Shown here in pieces: positions 39,970 to 48,008 of a DNA stretch of 64,000 bases. The translations under genes were made by a program, and so were the position numbers. Each line of letters begins with the position of its first letter. Position 1 is the first letter of the stretch. Under the pieces are notes generated by a model. That model saw only the letters and a program-made list of their open reading frames with translations, was not told the origin of the DNA and did not search any database. Origin of the DNA: an uncultured Gammaproteobacteria bacterium (lineage in GTDB: Bacteria; Patescibacteriota; Microgenomatia; UBA10105; UBA927); assembly GCA_964445435.1 (NCBI GenBank), contig CAYUKU010000002.1, forward strand, positions 47,988-111,987, read 5' to 3'.

Positions 39970-40008
39970 TGACAGTCCGCAGAACGGATGACAGTATGAT
40001 AATACATT

Positions 40009-41622
40009 ATGCGCAGGTTGCCTATTTGGGACATTCTTGCAATCATCATCATCGTGATCGGTATCGGTATCCGCCTGAGCCGTCTTGATATTCCCTTTGA
40101 CCCTGAAGATGTCCACCTGGATTATCTGGCTGCCCATCATATGGTCCGGTATGGCGAGATTCCATGGAGCGGATCGGGGAATCCGATCCTCATTGACAGC
40201 CCGCTGTACTACTACATCGTCGCGTTTTTCGTACGAATCTACGATTCACTGTTTTTCCTGGCAGTTGCCAATATCACGGTTATTCAGGGTATAACGTTTG
40301 CGCTTATGTACCGCATCGCAAGTGTTCTTTTTAACCGCAGGTCAGGCGTACTGACGCTTCTTTTTGCGGTCTTCAGCCACGAATACATCGCACAGGGAGC
40401 ATACTTCTTCCAGACGCACGTGATGCAGGTGTTTGCAAACGGGGCACTGTTATTTCTCCTTCTTTTTCATGAACGGAAACATATCCGGTTTGCGTATGCA
40501 AGCATTCTCTCGTTTGTCGCGGCTTTGACGATTCATCATTCACTCCTCGCGCTTGCGCCGCTATATGCAGTGTTTCTGTTTGCAGGCATCAGGAGTAAGA
40601 ACAAAGGGCGTACTGCGGCGGCTCTTATAGGTGTGGCGCTTGGGGTGTTCGTGTTTTTCCATATACCTATTGCCATGCTCATCTGGAAGGATCCTTCAGT
40701 CGGAGAGCGTATCGCGGGAACATTTGCCGCCGGATTCGTCGGATCGTTCGCCGAGTTTGGGGAGAAACTTGCACGAAACGCGGCACAGTTTGTGTACGCA
40801 TTTTCTCTTCGTTGGGTGAAGGAAGCAGCTACGGTAAACGGGATTCTCGCAGGAACTCTTGTGGGAAGCTTCGTATTGTTTCTCCGGCACAATAAGCATG
40901 ATAAGCGGATGATGCGGCTGGTTGCGGCTGTCTTTGCACTCATCATTCAACTTGTCGTGATTGCATCACTTCTTCGCACGGGTGTATGGAATTTTACCTT
41001 CTCGTCACTCTTTGGCCTCTATCTCGCGGTCGTTTCGGCCGCAATCGTCCGGTGGCTTGAGGGATCGAGAACCGAACGGGCGATAGGATGGGGCATAGTG
41101 CTTCTCACTTTGTATGCGTTTTCCAACGGATTTTCCTTCATGATCCCTTCTCAGTATCCCCCGTTCTACCGGTGGAATATCACGAAGGATTCGTTGGCCG
41201 CAGTGGCCCGGACGGTACAGGAAGTGAGGGTGGCGGAAAAAAGAAGCGATGTTTCGTTTTTCCGGATCGAGCGGGTACACAAAAAGCCGGAAGGCGGGTT
41301 CTATGTCGATGTCTATTCAAAAAACCGCATTCAGGTGATAGAAGATATCCTGTATTGGCCCCAGTTGGAGAATATGTTCGCCACCCGTTTCGTCCGCATG
41401 GAGAAGGACGGCACGTTCCCCACGATTCTCAACGGGGATGATTTCGTCTTCGTCATCTGCGACTCGACGCGCGCCCCATTTGCCGGTGTGAACGACTGTA
41501 TAACACGGTATCTGACTGAAAAACCGCAGTATTCGTACGAACGGATTATTTATGAACGGTATCCGATAACGATTTTCCTCGTGCGGCGCAACGGGAAAGA
41601 TTTAGCGGCCGTAAAAATTTGA
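40009..41622 (+). CDS. Polytopic membrane protein, paralog of the membrane domain of the TPR fusion gene
   Basis: It shares D.E.....L..H.M.(Y)gEiPw.G....L.SPLYYY and downstream helices with the N-terminal domain of 37336-39969. The two genes are divergently transcribed with a 39-bp spacer. Confidence 0.7.
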   Translation: MRRLPIWDILAIIIIVIGIGIRLSRLDIPFDPEDVHLDYLAAHHMVRYGEIPWSGSGNPILIDSPLYYYIVAFFVRIYDSLFFLAVANITVIQGITFALMYRIASVLFNRRSGVLTLLFAVFSHEYIAQGAYFFQTHVMQVFANGALLFLLLFHERKHIRFAYASILSFVAALTIHHSLLALAPLYAVFLFAGIRSKNKGRTAAALIGVALGVFVFFHIPIAMLIWKDPSVGERIAGTFAAGFVGSFAEFGEKLARNAAQFVYAFSLRWVKEAATVNGILAGTLVGSFVLFLRHNKHDKRMMRLVAAVFALIIQLVVIASLLRTGVWNFTFSSLFGLYLAVVSAAIVRWLEGSRTERAIGWGIVLLTLYAFSNGFSFMIPSQYPPFYRWNITKDSLAAVARTVQEVRVAEKRSDVSFFRIERVHKKPEGGFYVDVYSKNRIQVIEDILYWPQLENMFATRFVRMEKDGTFPTILNGDDFVFVICDSTRAPFAGVNDCITRYLTEKPQYSYERIIYERYPITIFLVRRNGKDLAAVKI

Positions 41623-43101
41623 GGTCAGCTGTTCAACCGGCGCGTGGTCATCCGTGAGAATAGATGCTCTCTCAAGCGGTCCCGTATATCGGTTTGAGAG
41701 ATAGGCGCCCAGTTCTCTGTCATCGGTTGACCAGTCCGGACGAACAGTCGATTTGAGCGCCACCAGAATGACGTTCTGAATCTTTTCCGGTTGATCAGGG
41801 AATGAAACGGGAAAGACATACACCTGGGGGAATACGCGGGCAAGCGTTTCCGCCTCTGCCGCAAGAAACCTGCTGTGTGGACCGGTGACAGACGAGATGA
41901 TATTTATAAGGACGCTACCGTCATAATTCAGCCGGTCATAGGCTGCCCGCGCCATTTCGATGGTCGTCAGATGAAATGGGATGGTGTACTGGGGATCAAA
42001 CGCGTCGATAAATATGACGTCATACCGCGAGGTGTTTGATGTGAGGAAAAGGCGGGCGTCTTCATCTATGATTCTAAGTGTCGGGTAGTCGTTAAGACGA
42101 AAATAGGTATTGGCGATATCGGTAAGCTCTGAATCTATCTCTACGACGTCAATCTGCTTGTCGGGGTTTCTGCGCACAAAATCCTTGGGAAATGAATATC
42201 CGCCGCCGCCGATCATAAGCGTGCGGTTTGCCGCCGGGGTGAAATATAAAGCAAGGCGGAAAAATTTGAGGTACGTTGCCACAAGATCATCATCGCGGTC
42301 CAGAAACATGCTTGACTGTGATCCGTACGGACTTGAGCGCAGGTACCGGGTCGGCCGTCCTGAAAGCCTGTCTGTCGAATCCACAATCCAGTAACGGCCA
42401 TACACTGTGTCCCAGTCGCCGACACTTCCCGGCCAGGAAAGGATGGATGTGCCTTGGGTGAGAGTGAGTGCGAAGGCGGCAGTCAGAAACAACGCGAGCA
42501 TCTGAAAGAAGTTGCTTTTTTCCCACGGAATCCAAAACGCTGCAAGTGCACTAAGCGTGCCTGAGAGAAGAAGGAGAGTTCTGGCATTCCCAAAGGCAGA
42601 AATGAGGTAAAATCCCGAGAGGAATGTCCCTACAATACTCCCGATGGTTGAAATAGCATAAATGCGGGCTACCGTTCTACCTGCGTGGGTAAGCGTTTTC
42701 ATCGCCCGGCCGGTGCAGTAGGGGAGAATTGTCCCCAAGGCCACCGTTGTCGGCCCGAAGAGAATAAGGGTCGCCAATATAGACCGCAGCCTCAAATCAG
42801 GCACGGAAAAAAGTGCCGCAAGAACCTGATGGGTGATAGCCACCGTCAAGCCGAGAAACAGGCCAGCCGCAAGAAGGAGCCACCCGAGGACGTTGGCTCT
42901 TGCCCCATCGGCGAGCCTGCCGCCTATGATATAGCCCAGCGAGAGCATGGCCATAATGCAGCCGATGATGCCTGTCCAGGCCACGAGGGAGGTGCCTATC
43001 GCAGGAGCAAGAACGCGGCTGGCAGTCAGCTCCAGGATCATAACCACCGCGCCGCTTATGCCTGCAGTGATCTCAAGTTTCAACGCGGGCGAGACCTTCA
43101 T
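41602..43101 (-). CDS. Membrane-anchored spermidine-synthase-like aminopropyltransferase (polytopic N-terminus fused to an SpeE-like domain)
   Basis: Start MKVSPALKL (ATG at 43099-43101), about 7 TM helices. The C-terminal domain has LMIGGGGYS...VDVVEIDSEL...DVIFIDAFDP, the SpeE Rossmann and substrate motifs. Confidence 0.8.
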   Translation of the reverse strand: MKVSPALKLEITAGISGAVVMILELTASRVLAPAIGTSLVAWTGIIGCIMAMLSLGYIIGGRLADGARANVLGWLLLAAGLFLGLTVAITHQVLAALFSVPDLRLRSILATLILFGPTTVALGTILPYCTGRAMKTLTHAGRTVARIYAISTIGSIVGTFLSGFYLISAFGNARTLLLLSGTLSALAAFWIPWEKSNFFQMLALFLTAAFALTLTQGTSILSWPGSVGDWDTVYGRYWIVDSTDRLSGRPTRYLRSSPYGSQSSMFLDRDDDLVATYLKFFRLALYFTPAANRTLMIGGGGYSFPKDFVRRNPDKQIDVVEIDSELTDIANTYFRLNDYPTLRIIDEDARLFLTSNTSRYDVIFIDAFDPQYTIPFHLTTIEMARAAYDRLNYDGSVLINIISSVTGPHSRFLAAEAETLARVFPQVYVFPVSFPDQPEKIQNVILVALKSTVRPDWSTDDRELGAYLSNRYTGPLERASILTDDHAPVEQLTSNFYGR

Positions 43102-43156
43102 ACGCGTATCATAGCACGGAGAAAGCGCGTTCTGAGGCGAAATAAGCCTATAGCAT

Positions 43157-43186
43157 TTGACTTTGGCGTGTATGTTAGCGTACAAT
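43157..43186 (+). promoter_or_regulatory. Sigma70-like promoter (TTGACT, 18 bp, TACAAT)
   Basis: TTGACT at 43157-43162 and TACAAT at 43181-43186 with an 18-nt spacer. A G-rich start follows about 7 nt downstream. Confidence 0.4.
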
Positions 43187-43192
43187 GGGCTG

Positions 43193-43276
43193 GTCGTTTT
43201 AGCACATTAACTTGTTGCACGACAGGCGCAGTGCCCACGCGCAAAGGTCCCCCGTGAAGCACGGGGGTTTCTTTTG
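43193..43276 (+). ncRNA. Candidate ~84-nt small RNA or terminated leader transcript
   Basis: It is delimited by the promoter above and an intrinsic terminator (8-bp GC-rich stem CCCCCGTG/CACGGGGG with an AAG loop, followed by TTTCTTTTG). No ORF lies between them. The next plus-strand start codon is about 200 nt further downstream. Confidence 0.3.
43249..43276 (+). terminator. Rho-independent terminator hairpin followed by a U-tract
   Basis: cccccgtg-aag-cacggggg followed by tttcttttg. Confidence 0.5.
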
Positions 43277-43470
43277 CCGTGACGGCATGTGTGCCTATCG
43301 GTTATTACGAAGAACAGATATCGGTGAGTGGCTTCGAGTTTCTTTTCGGAGACTGGGAGCCACTCATCGTGAGGGTGGTCATCACACGTAAGGAGCAATG
43401 GGGGAAAGGAATTGAATCGGTTAAGAGTAACAACAAGCGGGACAAACGTCCCGGGAAGGAAGAAGACACA

Positions 43471-44502
43471 ATGGCTACAACAACCAAGAAAAGCCACCCG
43501 AATGCGCTGTTTATCGTCCAACGGTTCGCGCTGTTTGCTGTCGCGGTGTTAGCGGTCGGTTCAATCTTTCTGGCTACCGTGCAGGCACAGGTTCCCAACC
43601 TCCCGCCCGCCGGTCCGGTGAGTGAGACCACGGCAACGCCCAGCGCGACGCCAACCGAGACGGTGACGCCAACGTTCACACCAACCGTCACGCGCACGCC
43701 CGCGCCCACGCTCATCCCGTGTCCGCCCGTAGGACAGCCGACCAGCTTTGGAGAAATCCAGGTGGTCTTCCATGAGGCTGTCCCCTCAAAGGCTTGCCAC
43801 TACGTCTTGCTCTATGCCGAGCTGACGAGCGACGAGTTTGCCGAGATGGGAATTGCGACCGGACCGGTTGAAATCGCCGTTTTCGCGACGGTCGATGCCA
43901 TCACGGAGTACGTCTACGAGACAGCCCGTCTCGCAGGCTGCAATCCTGATGACAAAGAGATCATCCGGTCTCAATGGATTCGCGGAGGCGCAATGGTCAC
44001 CAAGGGTGCCGTGTTCCTGCGTGAGGGCAAAGTTGAAGCGTCATTTGACATCGCGAGCCACATCGCGGGCGAAGTCACTCAGGCGACCATGATCAACATT
44101 CTTGGCTCTTGCCAGCTCAAGTGGCAGGTGCCGGATTGGTACGCGCATGGATTGTCGGAGTACCACATGGAGGTCTTCACCAACGAGTGGGGATTGAAAC
44201 CCTGGGAGGAGGATCTCTATAAGTGTCGCTATCGCCTTGAGCAGCTCAAGCCAGGAGAAGAATGTATCTATATGGAGGCTCAGATGGCTTTCCATCTCCT
44301 GAGAGAGTTGTCAGGCGCTGATCGCGGCATGGACGTGATTATTCAAATGAGCAAAGGAAAAAGTTTCAACACGGCGTTTTACGACGTGTACGGCTTATCC
44401 GTTTCGGACTTTTCCAATGCTTTTGATGAATACCGCGCCCACGGGTACAGACTGGCGCCTACGTCCACACCATCGACGCCACCGTCGGGAGACGGAGGTT
44501 AA
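43471..44502 (+). CDS. Secreted or anchored hypothetical protein with a Thr/Pro-rich linker
   Basis: ATG at 43471 preceded by GGAAGG. N-terminal hydrophobic anchor, a TPTxT-rich segment, then a ~250-aa globular domain with several Cys. Confidence 0.6.
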   Translation: MATTTKKSHPNALFIVQRFALFAVAVLAVGSIFLATVQAQVPNLPPAGPVSETTATPSATPTETVTPTFTPTVTRTPAPTLIPCPPVGQPTSFGEIQVVFHEAVPSKACHYVLLYAELTSDEFAEMGIATGPVEIAVFATVDAITEYVYETARLAGCNPDDKEIIRSQWIRGGAMVTKGAVFLREGKVEASFDIASHIAGEVTQATMINILGSCQLKWQVPDWYAHGLSEYHMEVFTNEWGLKPWEEDLYKCRYRLEQLKPGEECIYMEAQMAFHLLRELSGADRGMDVIIQMSKGKSFNTAFYDVYGLSVSDFSNAFDEYRAHGYRLAPTSTPSTPPSGDGG

Positions 44503-44598
44503 CATTCGTGATGACCGATATGTAACCCGGGGAGCGAGGTCGCTCCACTTCACTCCCTGGGTTCGTATCATCTTTTGAAGATGTGATACCATATCTTT

Positions 44599-45153
44599 AT
44601 GGACGTGCAACAGTCTCAAGCGATACCATCCACTCCCGTTCAACCCGTGGCTGCCCAGCCGACCTCGGTTTCTGTTCAGGCACAGCCTCTGAATCCCTCC
44701 CAACCTGTCCAACCGACAACTACCGTTCAGCCTCCGAAGCGCAAAAAGGGTCCGTGGTGGATCTTCGTTCTGGCAATTTTCATCCTCGCGGGAGTCGGAG
44801 GGTATTTCTTATTGCCAAGTAGCAGTATCGTCATCCCGAGTCAGCCTGCCGGAAGTACATCGATCCATGTGACGAAGCTCGATCTTGCCAAGCCGGGGTG
44901 GCTTCTTATTTCCCGCGTGTCTGTCACCGAAGGAGTTGAGGAAATTGCTGTATCTGCGTACCTTGAGCCGGAGGAGTATACGGAATTTGACCTACCCCTC
45001 ATGGATGACTCAGAACCGCTCCAAACTGGATATTTCCTCTACGGGACGCTGTATGAAGATACCGACGGAGGCGAGTATTTCGATAGCAAAGTGGATCAGC
45101 CGATGAAGGATTGGCTCGGCCGGAAGATTCGGACGACATTCCGCGTACTGTGA
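44599..45153 (+). CDS. Small membrane-anchored protein, member of a 4-copy local paralog family
   Basis: Pro/Gln-rich N-terminus, one TM helix (WWIFVLAIFILAGVGGYFLL) and a ~100-aa C-terminal domain. That domain is homologous to the C-termini of 45907-46323 and 47598-48008 (shared D.P..D.FGRkI...F.v ending). Confidence 0.6.
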   Translation: MDVQQSQAIPSTPVQPVAAQPTSVSVQAQPLNPSQPVQPTTTVQPPKRKKGPWWIFVLAIFILAGVGGYFLLPSSSIVIPSQPAGSTSIHVTKLDLAKPGWLLISRVSVTEGVEEIAVSAYLEPEEYTEFDLPLMDDSEPLQTGYFLYGTLYEDTDGGEYFDSKVDQPMKDWLGRKIRTTFRVL

Positions 45154-45157
45154 TACT

Positions 45158-45862
45158 TCAATAAATGGTAGCCTCGGGGAGCATCTCTTTTAGTGTCGCG
45201 TAATAAGATGGTTCTATGGGATTCCCACCCAGGAAAAGAAATTGGAGTTTCGTGAGGTTGCGTAGTGTATCCGGCAGTCGGGAAATTTTATTGTTGCGAA
45301 GATCCAGAGATGTGAGGTTGGTGAGATTGCCTATGGATGGAGGAATTTCAGTCAGCATATTATTGCTGAGCGTAAGCTTCGTAAGCGCAGTGAGATTTCC
45401 CATTTCGTCAGGCAAGATGGCAATAGCATTATTTGATGCATCCAAAAGTTCGAGATCCCGAAGATTAGCTATCGAAGGGGGAAGTGTCGTTATGGGCGTT
45501 CCGCGGATGGTAACGGAGGTAAGTGCCGTAAGTTGACCGATTTCTTCAGGGAGCATCGAGAGTTGTGTTCCGTCGATAGTCAATTTCCTGAGGTTGGTAA
45601 GTGTCGCTATTTCGGGAGGGAGTGTCGCAAGGTTATCTTCTTGGGAGATAAACAGATCCGTCAGAGACGGGTTGCTTGTAACAAACGCCACAAAATCATC
45701 TGCGGCTTTCGTCGGGGGTGCATGTTTCGCGATAGCCACAGGAGCGCCTGAATTCGTCCGTGTCATAGCAAGCAGGTGAGGAATAAGCTGTACCACGCTT
45801 AGGGCAGCAACAAGGACAGAGAGCACGAGAAAGGCAGTAAGAATGAGGCGTTGCTGTGTCAT
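45158..45862 (-). CDS. Leucine-rich repeat protein with an N-terminal signal anchor
   Basis: About seven 23-24-aa LRRs (LxxLxxLxLxxNxLxxLPxxIGNLTxL). The C-terminus ends ...PSYYATLKEMLPEATIY. Confidence 0.85.
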   Translation of the reverse strand: MTQQRLILTAFLVLSVLVAALSVVQLIPHLLAMTRTNSGAPVAIAKHAPPTKAADDFVAFVTSNPSLTDLFISQEDNLATLPPEIATLTNLRKLTIDGTQLSMLPEEIGQLTALTSVTIRGTPITTLPPSIANLRDLELLDASNNAIAILPDEMGNLTALTKLTLSNNMLTEIPPSIGNLTNLTSLDLRNNKISRLPDTLRNLTKLQFLFLGGNPIEPSYYATLKEMLPEATIY

Positions 45863-45906
45863 TTGACGTATCTAGTATAGCATGTCACACTGGAAGGGAA
45901 ATTCGT

Positions 45907-46323
45907 ATGTGGATTGCCATCATGGCCGCATGGTTTGTTACATTAGCCTCACAGGGCGGGAGGTGGTACCTGGAGCATAATTCCATTGCAGTGCATGATC
46001 AGTTGATTGGCGAATCAGTCGAGATAGACACGATCCGTGTTCCGGGGCCTGCGCTCCTGGTCATTTCAGGATCAGTGTACGGAAAGCCGCTTCTCTCCCA
46101 GCATTTGGGAACAGTGGAGTTTTTCAAAGGCGGGACCTACCGGGCGGTTCGGGTTCCTATTTCCACGAGCTCGATGGCAAAAGAACAAGCGAAACTTGAA
46201 GGCAGTATTTCACAGGGCAATCTTGTCTATGCTGTGCTATATAGGAAAAATGCACGAAATGAAGAAAAAGAGAAACGAGATATATTCGGAAAACTTATCG
46301 CAAAGCCGTTTCGCCTCAATTAA
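45907..46323 (+). CDS. Small membrane-anchored protein, paralog of 44599-45153
   Basis: TM helix MWIAIMAAWFVTLA and a C-terminal domain homologous to the other small family members. Confidence 0.5.
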   Translation: MWIAIMAAWFVTLASQGGRWYLEHNSIAVHDQLIGESVEIDTIRVPGPALLVISGSVYGKPLLSQHLGTVEFFKGGTYRAVRVPISTSSMAKEQAKLEGSISQGNLVYAVLYRKNARNEEKEKRDIFGKLIAKPFRLN

Positions 46324-47052
46324 CTAAAAATACACTTCAGTTTGCGGAAGCATGGTTCGGATGCGCGACTGTTCTTCCGGGGAAATTTGGTTTGCACCCA
46401 GATACACTTTTTTGAGCGTCCCAGCGAGTCTGGTCATCGTCGAAGGAAGGCTCTTGAGACTATTTTTGCGCGCGTCGAGGACGGTGAGCGAGGAGAGATT
46501 GCCAATTGTTTCTGGAAGCGCAGTCAGACGGTTATCGTAGATATGCAGTGTCGTGAGAGCAGTAAGGTTGCCGATCGCATCAGGAAGCCGTGTTATATCG
46601 TTGCCCCCTAATTTCAGAATCTGCAAATGCACCAGATTTCCGATGCTCTCAGGAACGGAGGTTAAGCGCTGGTCCTGTACCTGAAATCTCGTAAGCGAGG
46701 TTAATTTTCCTACATCTTCGGGAATATCTGTTACGTTTCCATGAATAACGCCAACGCGCGTGATGCGGGGGAACGACAAGAGGGCGTCGACCGGAAGATT
46801 ATTTATGTTACAAACCGACGAGTAATCGATTGTGGTGACAAGGGGGAGTTTTTGGGCAACTGATCGCGTTGATCTGTCCACATTACGATCAAATTTGCCT
46901 CCGTCTTCACAGTATTGTGTCGGATCAAATGCCATCTGCCGTGCGACCGGCTGGGAAAGGAGCGCTCTTCCCAGAAGTATCCCGGACAGGATAGATATGC
47001 CATAGATAAAAAGCCGGTATTTGAGGCTGGAGGCTCTTGTATGTGGACGCAT
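46324..47052 (-). CDS. Leucine-rich repeat protein, paralog of 45158-45862
   Basis: LRR units IGNLTALTTL..., IGNLSSLTVL.... The C-terminal tail PEEQSRIRTMLPQTEVYF resembles the other LRR protein. Its stop codon abuts the convergent gene with no spacer. Confidence 0.85.
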   Translation of the reverse strand: MRPHTRASSLKYRLFIYGISILSGILLGRALLSQPVARQMAFDPTQYCEDGGKFDRNVDRSTRSVAQKLPLVTTIDYSSVCNINNLPVDALLSFPRITRVGVIHGNVTDIPEDVGKLTSLTRFQVQDQRLTSVPESIGNLVHLQILKLGGNDITRLPDAIGNLTALTTLHIYDNRLTALPETIGNLSSLTVLDARKNSLKSLPSTMTRLAGTLKKVYLGANQISPEEQSRIRTMLPQTEVYF

Positions 47053-47063
47053 AAGTACCTGCT

Positions 47064-47594
47064 ATGATTATAGCAGTGAACAGGATTGCACAGTATCAAT
47101 GGACGAGGCTGGAAACGATGGGAATATTTCTGATCCCGCTCATAATCGTGGGAATAGTATGGTTTATCAGATACATGGATAAGCCGTCCCAACGAATATT
47201 TGGCTACGGCGGTTTCCGGCCCGAATTAAACCATGTGACGAAGCGTTGGGAGGTGCCTGTTGGTCAAGTGGGGAATCCAGGCATACCGGCAGGAGTGATA
47301 CGCTTCATGGAGATAAACGGATTTCTTGTTATGGATGCGCAATTTTCGAAAACGATATCTTCCGCGCCGCTTGCCGTATGGGTGCATGAAGGGACGTGTA
47401 AGATGCAAGGTAAGCTCCGTTATACTCTGGCTTCTGTCGTGCCTGGTTCTTCGGTCTGGTGGACGAGTTTATATGAGTTTCCCTGGTCACGGCTGATTGC
47501 GCAGCAACCCCTCGCGCTAACATTCCGGGAAGCGCAGCAGCCGGAGCGTATACTCTATTGTGGTGATGTACAGATGAATGAGGACTCCGAGTAG
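47064..47594 (+). CDS. Small membrane-anchored hypothetical protein
   Basis: Hydrophobic helix MGIFLIPLIIVGIVWF near the N-terminus. The ORF lies between the LRR gene and the next small paralog. Confidence 0.45.
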   Translation: MIIAVNRIAQYQWTRLETMGIFLIPLIIVGIVWFIRYMDKPSQRIFGYGGFRPELNHVTKRWEVPVGQVGNPGIPAGVIRFMEINGFLVMDAQFSKTISSAPLAVWVHEGTCKMQGKLRYTLASVVPGSSVWWTSLYEFPWSRLIAQQPLALTFREAQQPERILYCGDVQMNEDSE

Positions 47595-47597
47595 ATT

Positions 47598-48008
47598 ATG
47601 AAAATGTGGATACTTGCATCCATGCTGTTTTTGGCGAGTGCCATACTGTCTTCGTATATAACGATACGACGGTCTCAATTCGAGTTAGTGGTCAACGATC
47701 AACCCGTCGGCACAACGATTTTTATACAGAGACTTGTGCTTTCGCGCGCAGGGTATATCGTAATCACCCCTCAGACCGGCAGACCGGATCGCGACGTACC
47801 ATCAGTGTCTGACTACATGCCCGCAGGTGTCTACACGGATTTCAACGCAGATATTTACTGGGGCGATGAGCTTGATGTGCCTGCTTCTACACTGGTCACC
47901 GTCCGGATTCACTCGGATAACGGAGATGTATACTATGATCCTGCATTTGATCTGCCGGTTCGCGATAAATTCGGACGTATATATGAAAAAACGATTACAC
48001 TTCAGTAA
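47598..48008 (+). CDS. Small membrane-anchored protein, paralog of 44599-45153
   Basis: Signal anchor MKMWILASMLFLASAIL. The C-terminal domain ...DFNADIYWGDELDVPASTLVTVRIH...DPAFDLPVRDKFGRIYEKTITL aligns with the other family members. Confidence 0.55.
   Translation: MKMWILASMLFLASAILSSYITIRRSQFELVVNDQPVGTTIFIQRLVLSRAGYIVITPQTGRPDRDVPSVSDYMPAGVYTDFNADIYWGDELDVPASTLVTVRIHSDNGDVYYDPAFDLPVRDKFGRIYEKTITLQ

Noticed and set aside
43193-43276. Assignment of the candidate small RNA to a known class (SRP RNA, fluoride/preQ1/ZTP riboswitch, 6S)
   Set aside because: Its size and visible motifs do not match the conserved cores of these families as far as I can judge by eye, so it is left as an unclassified candidate.
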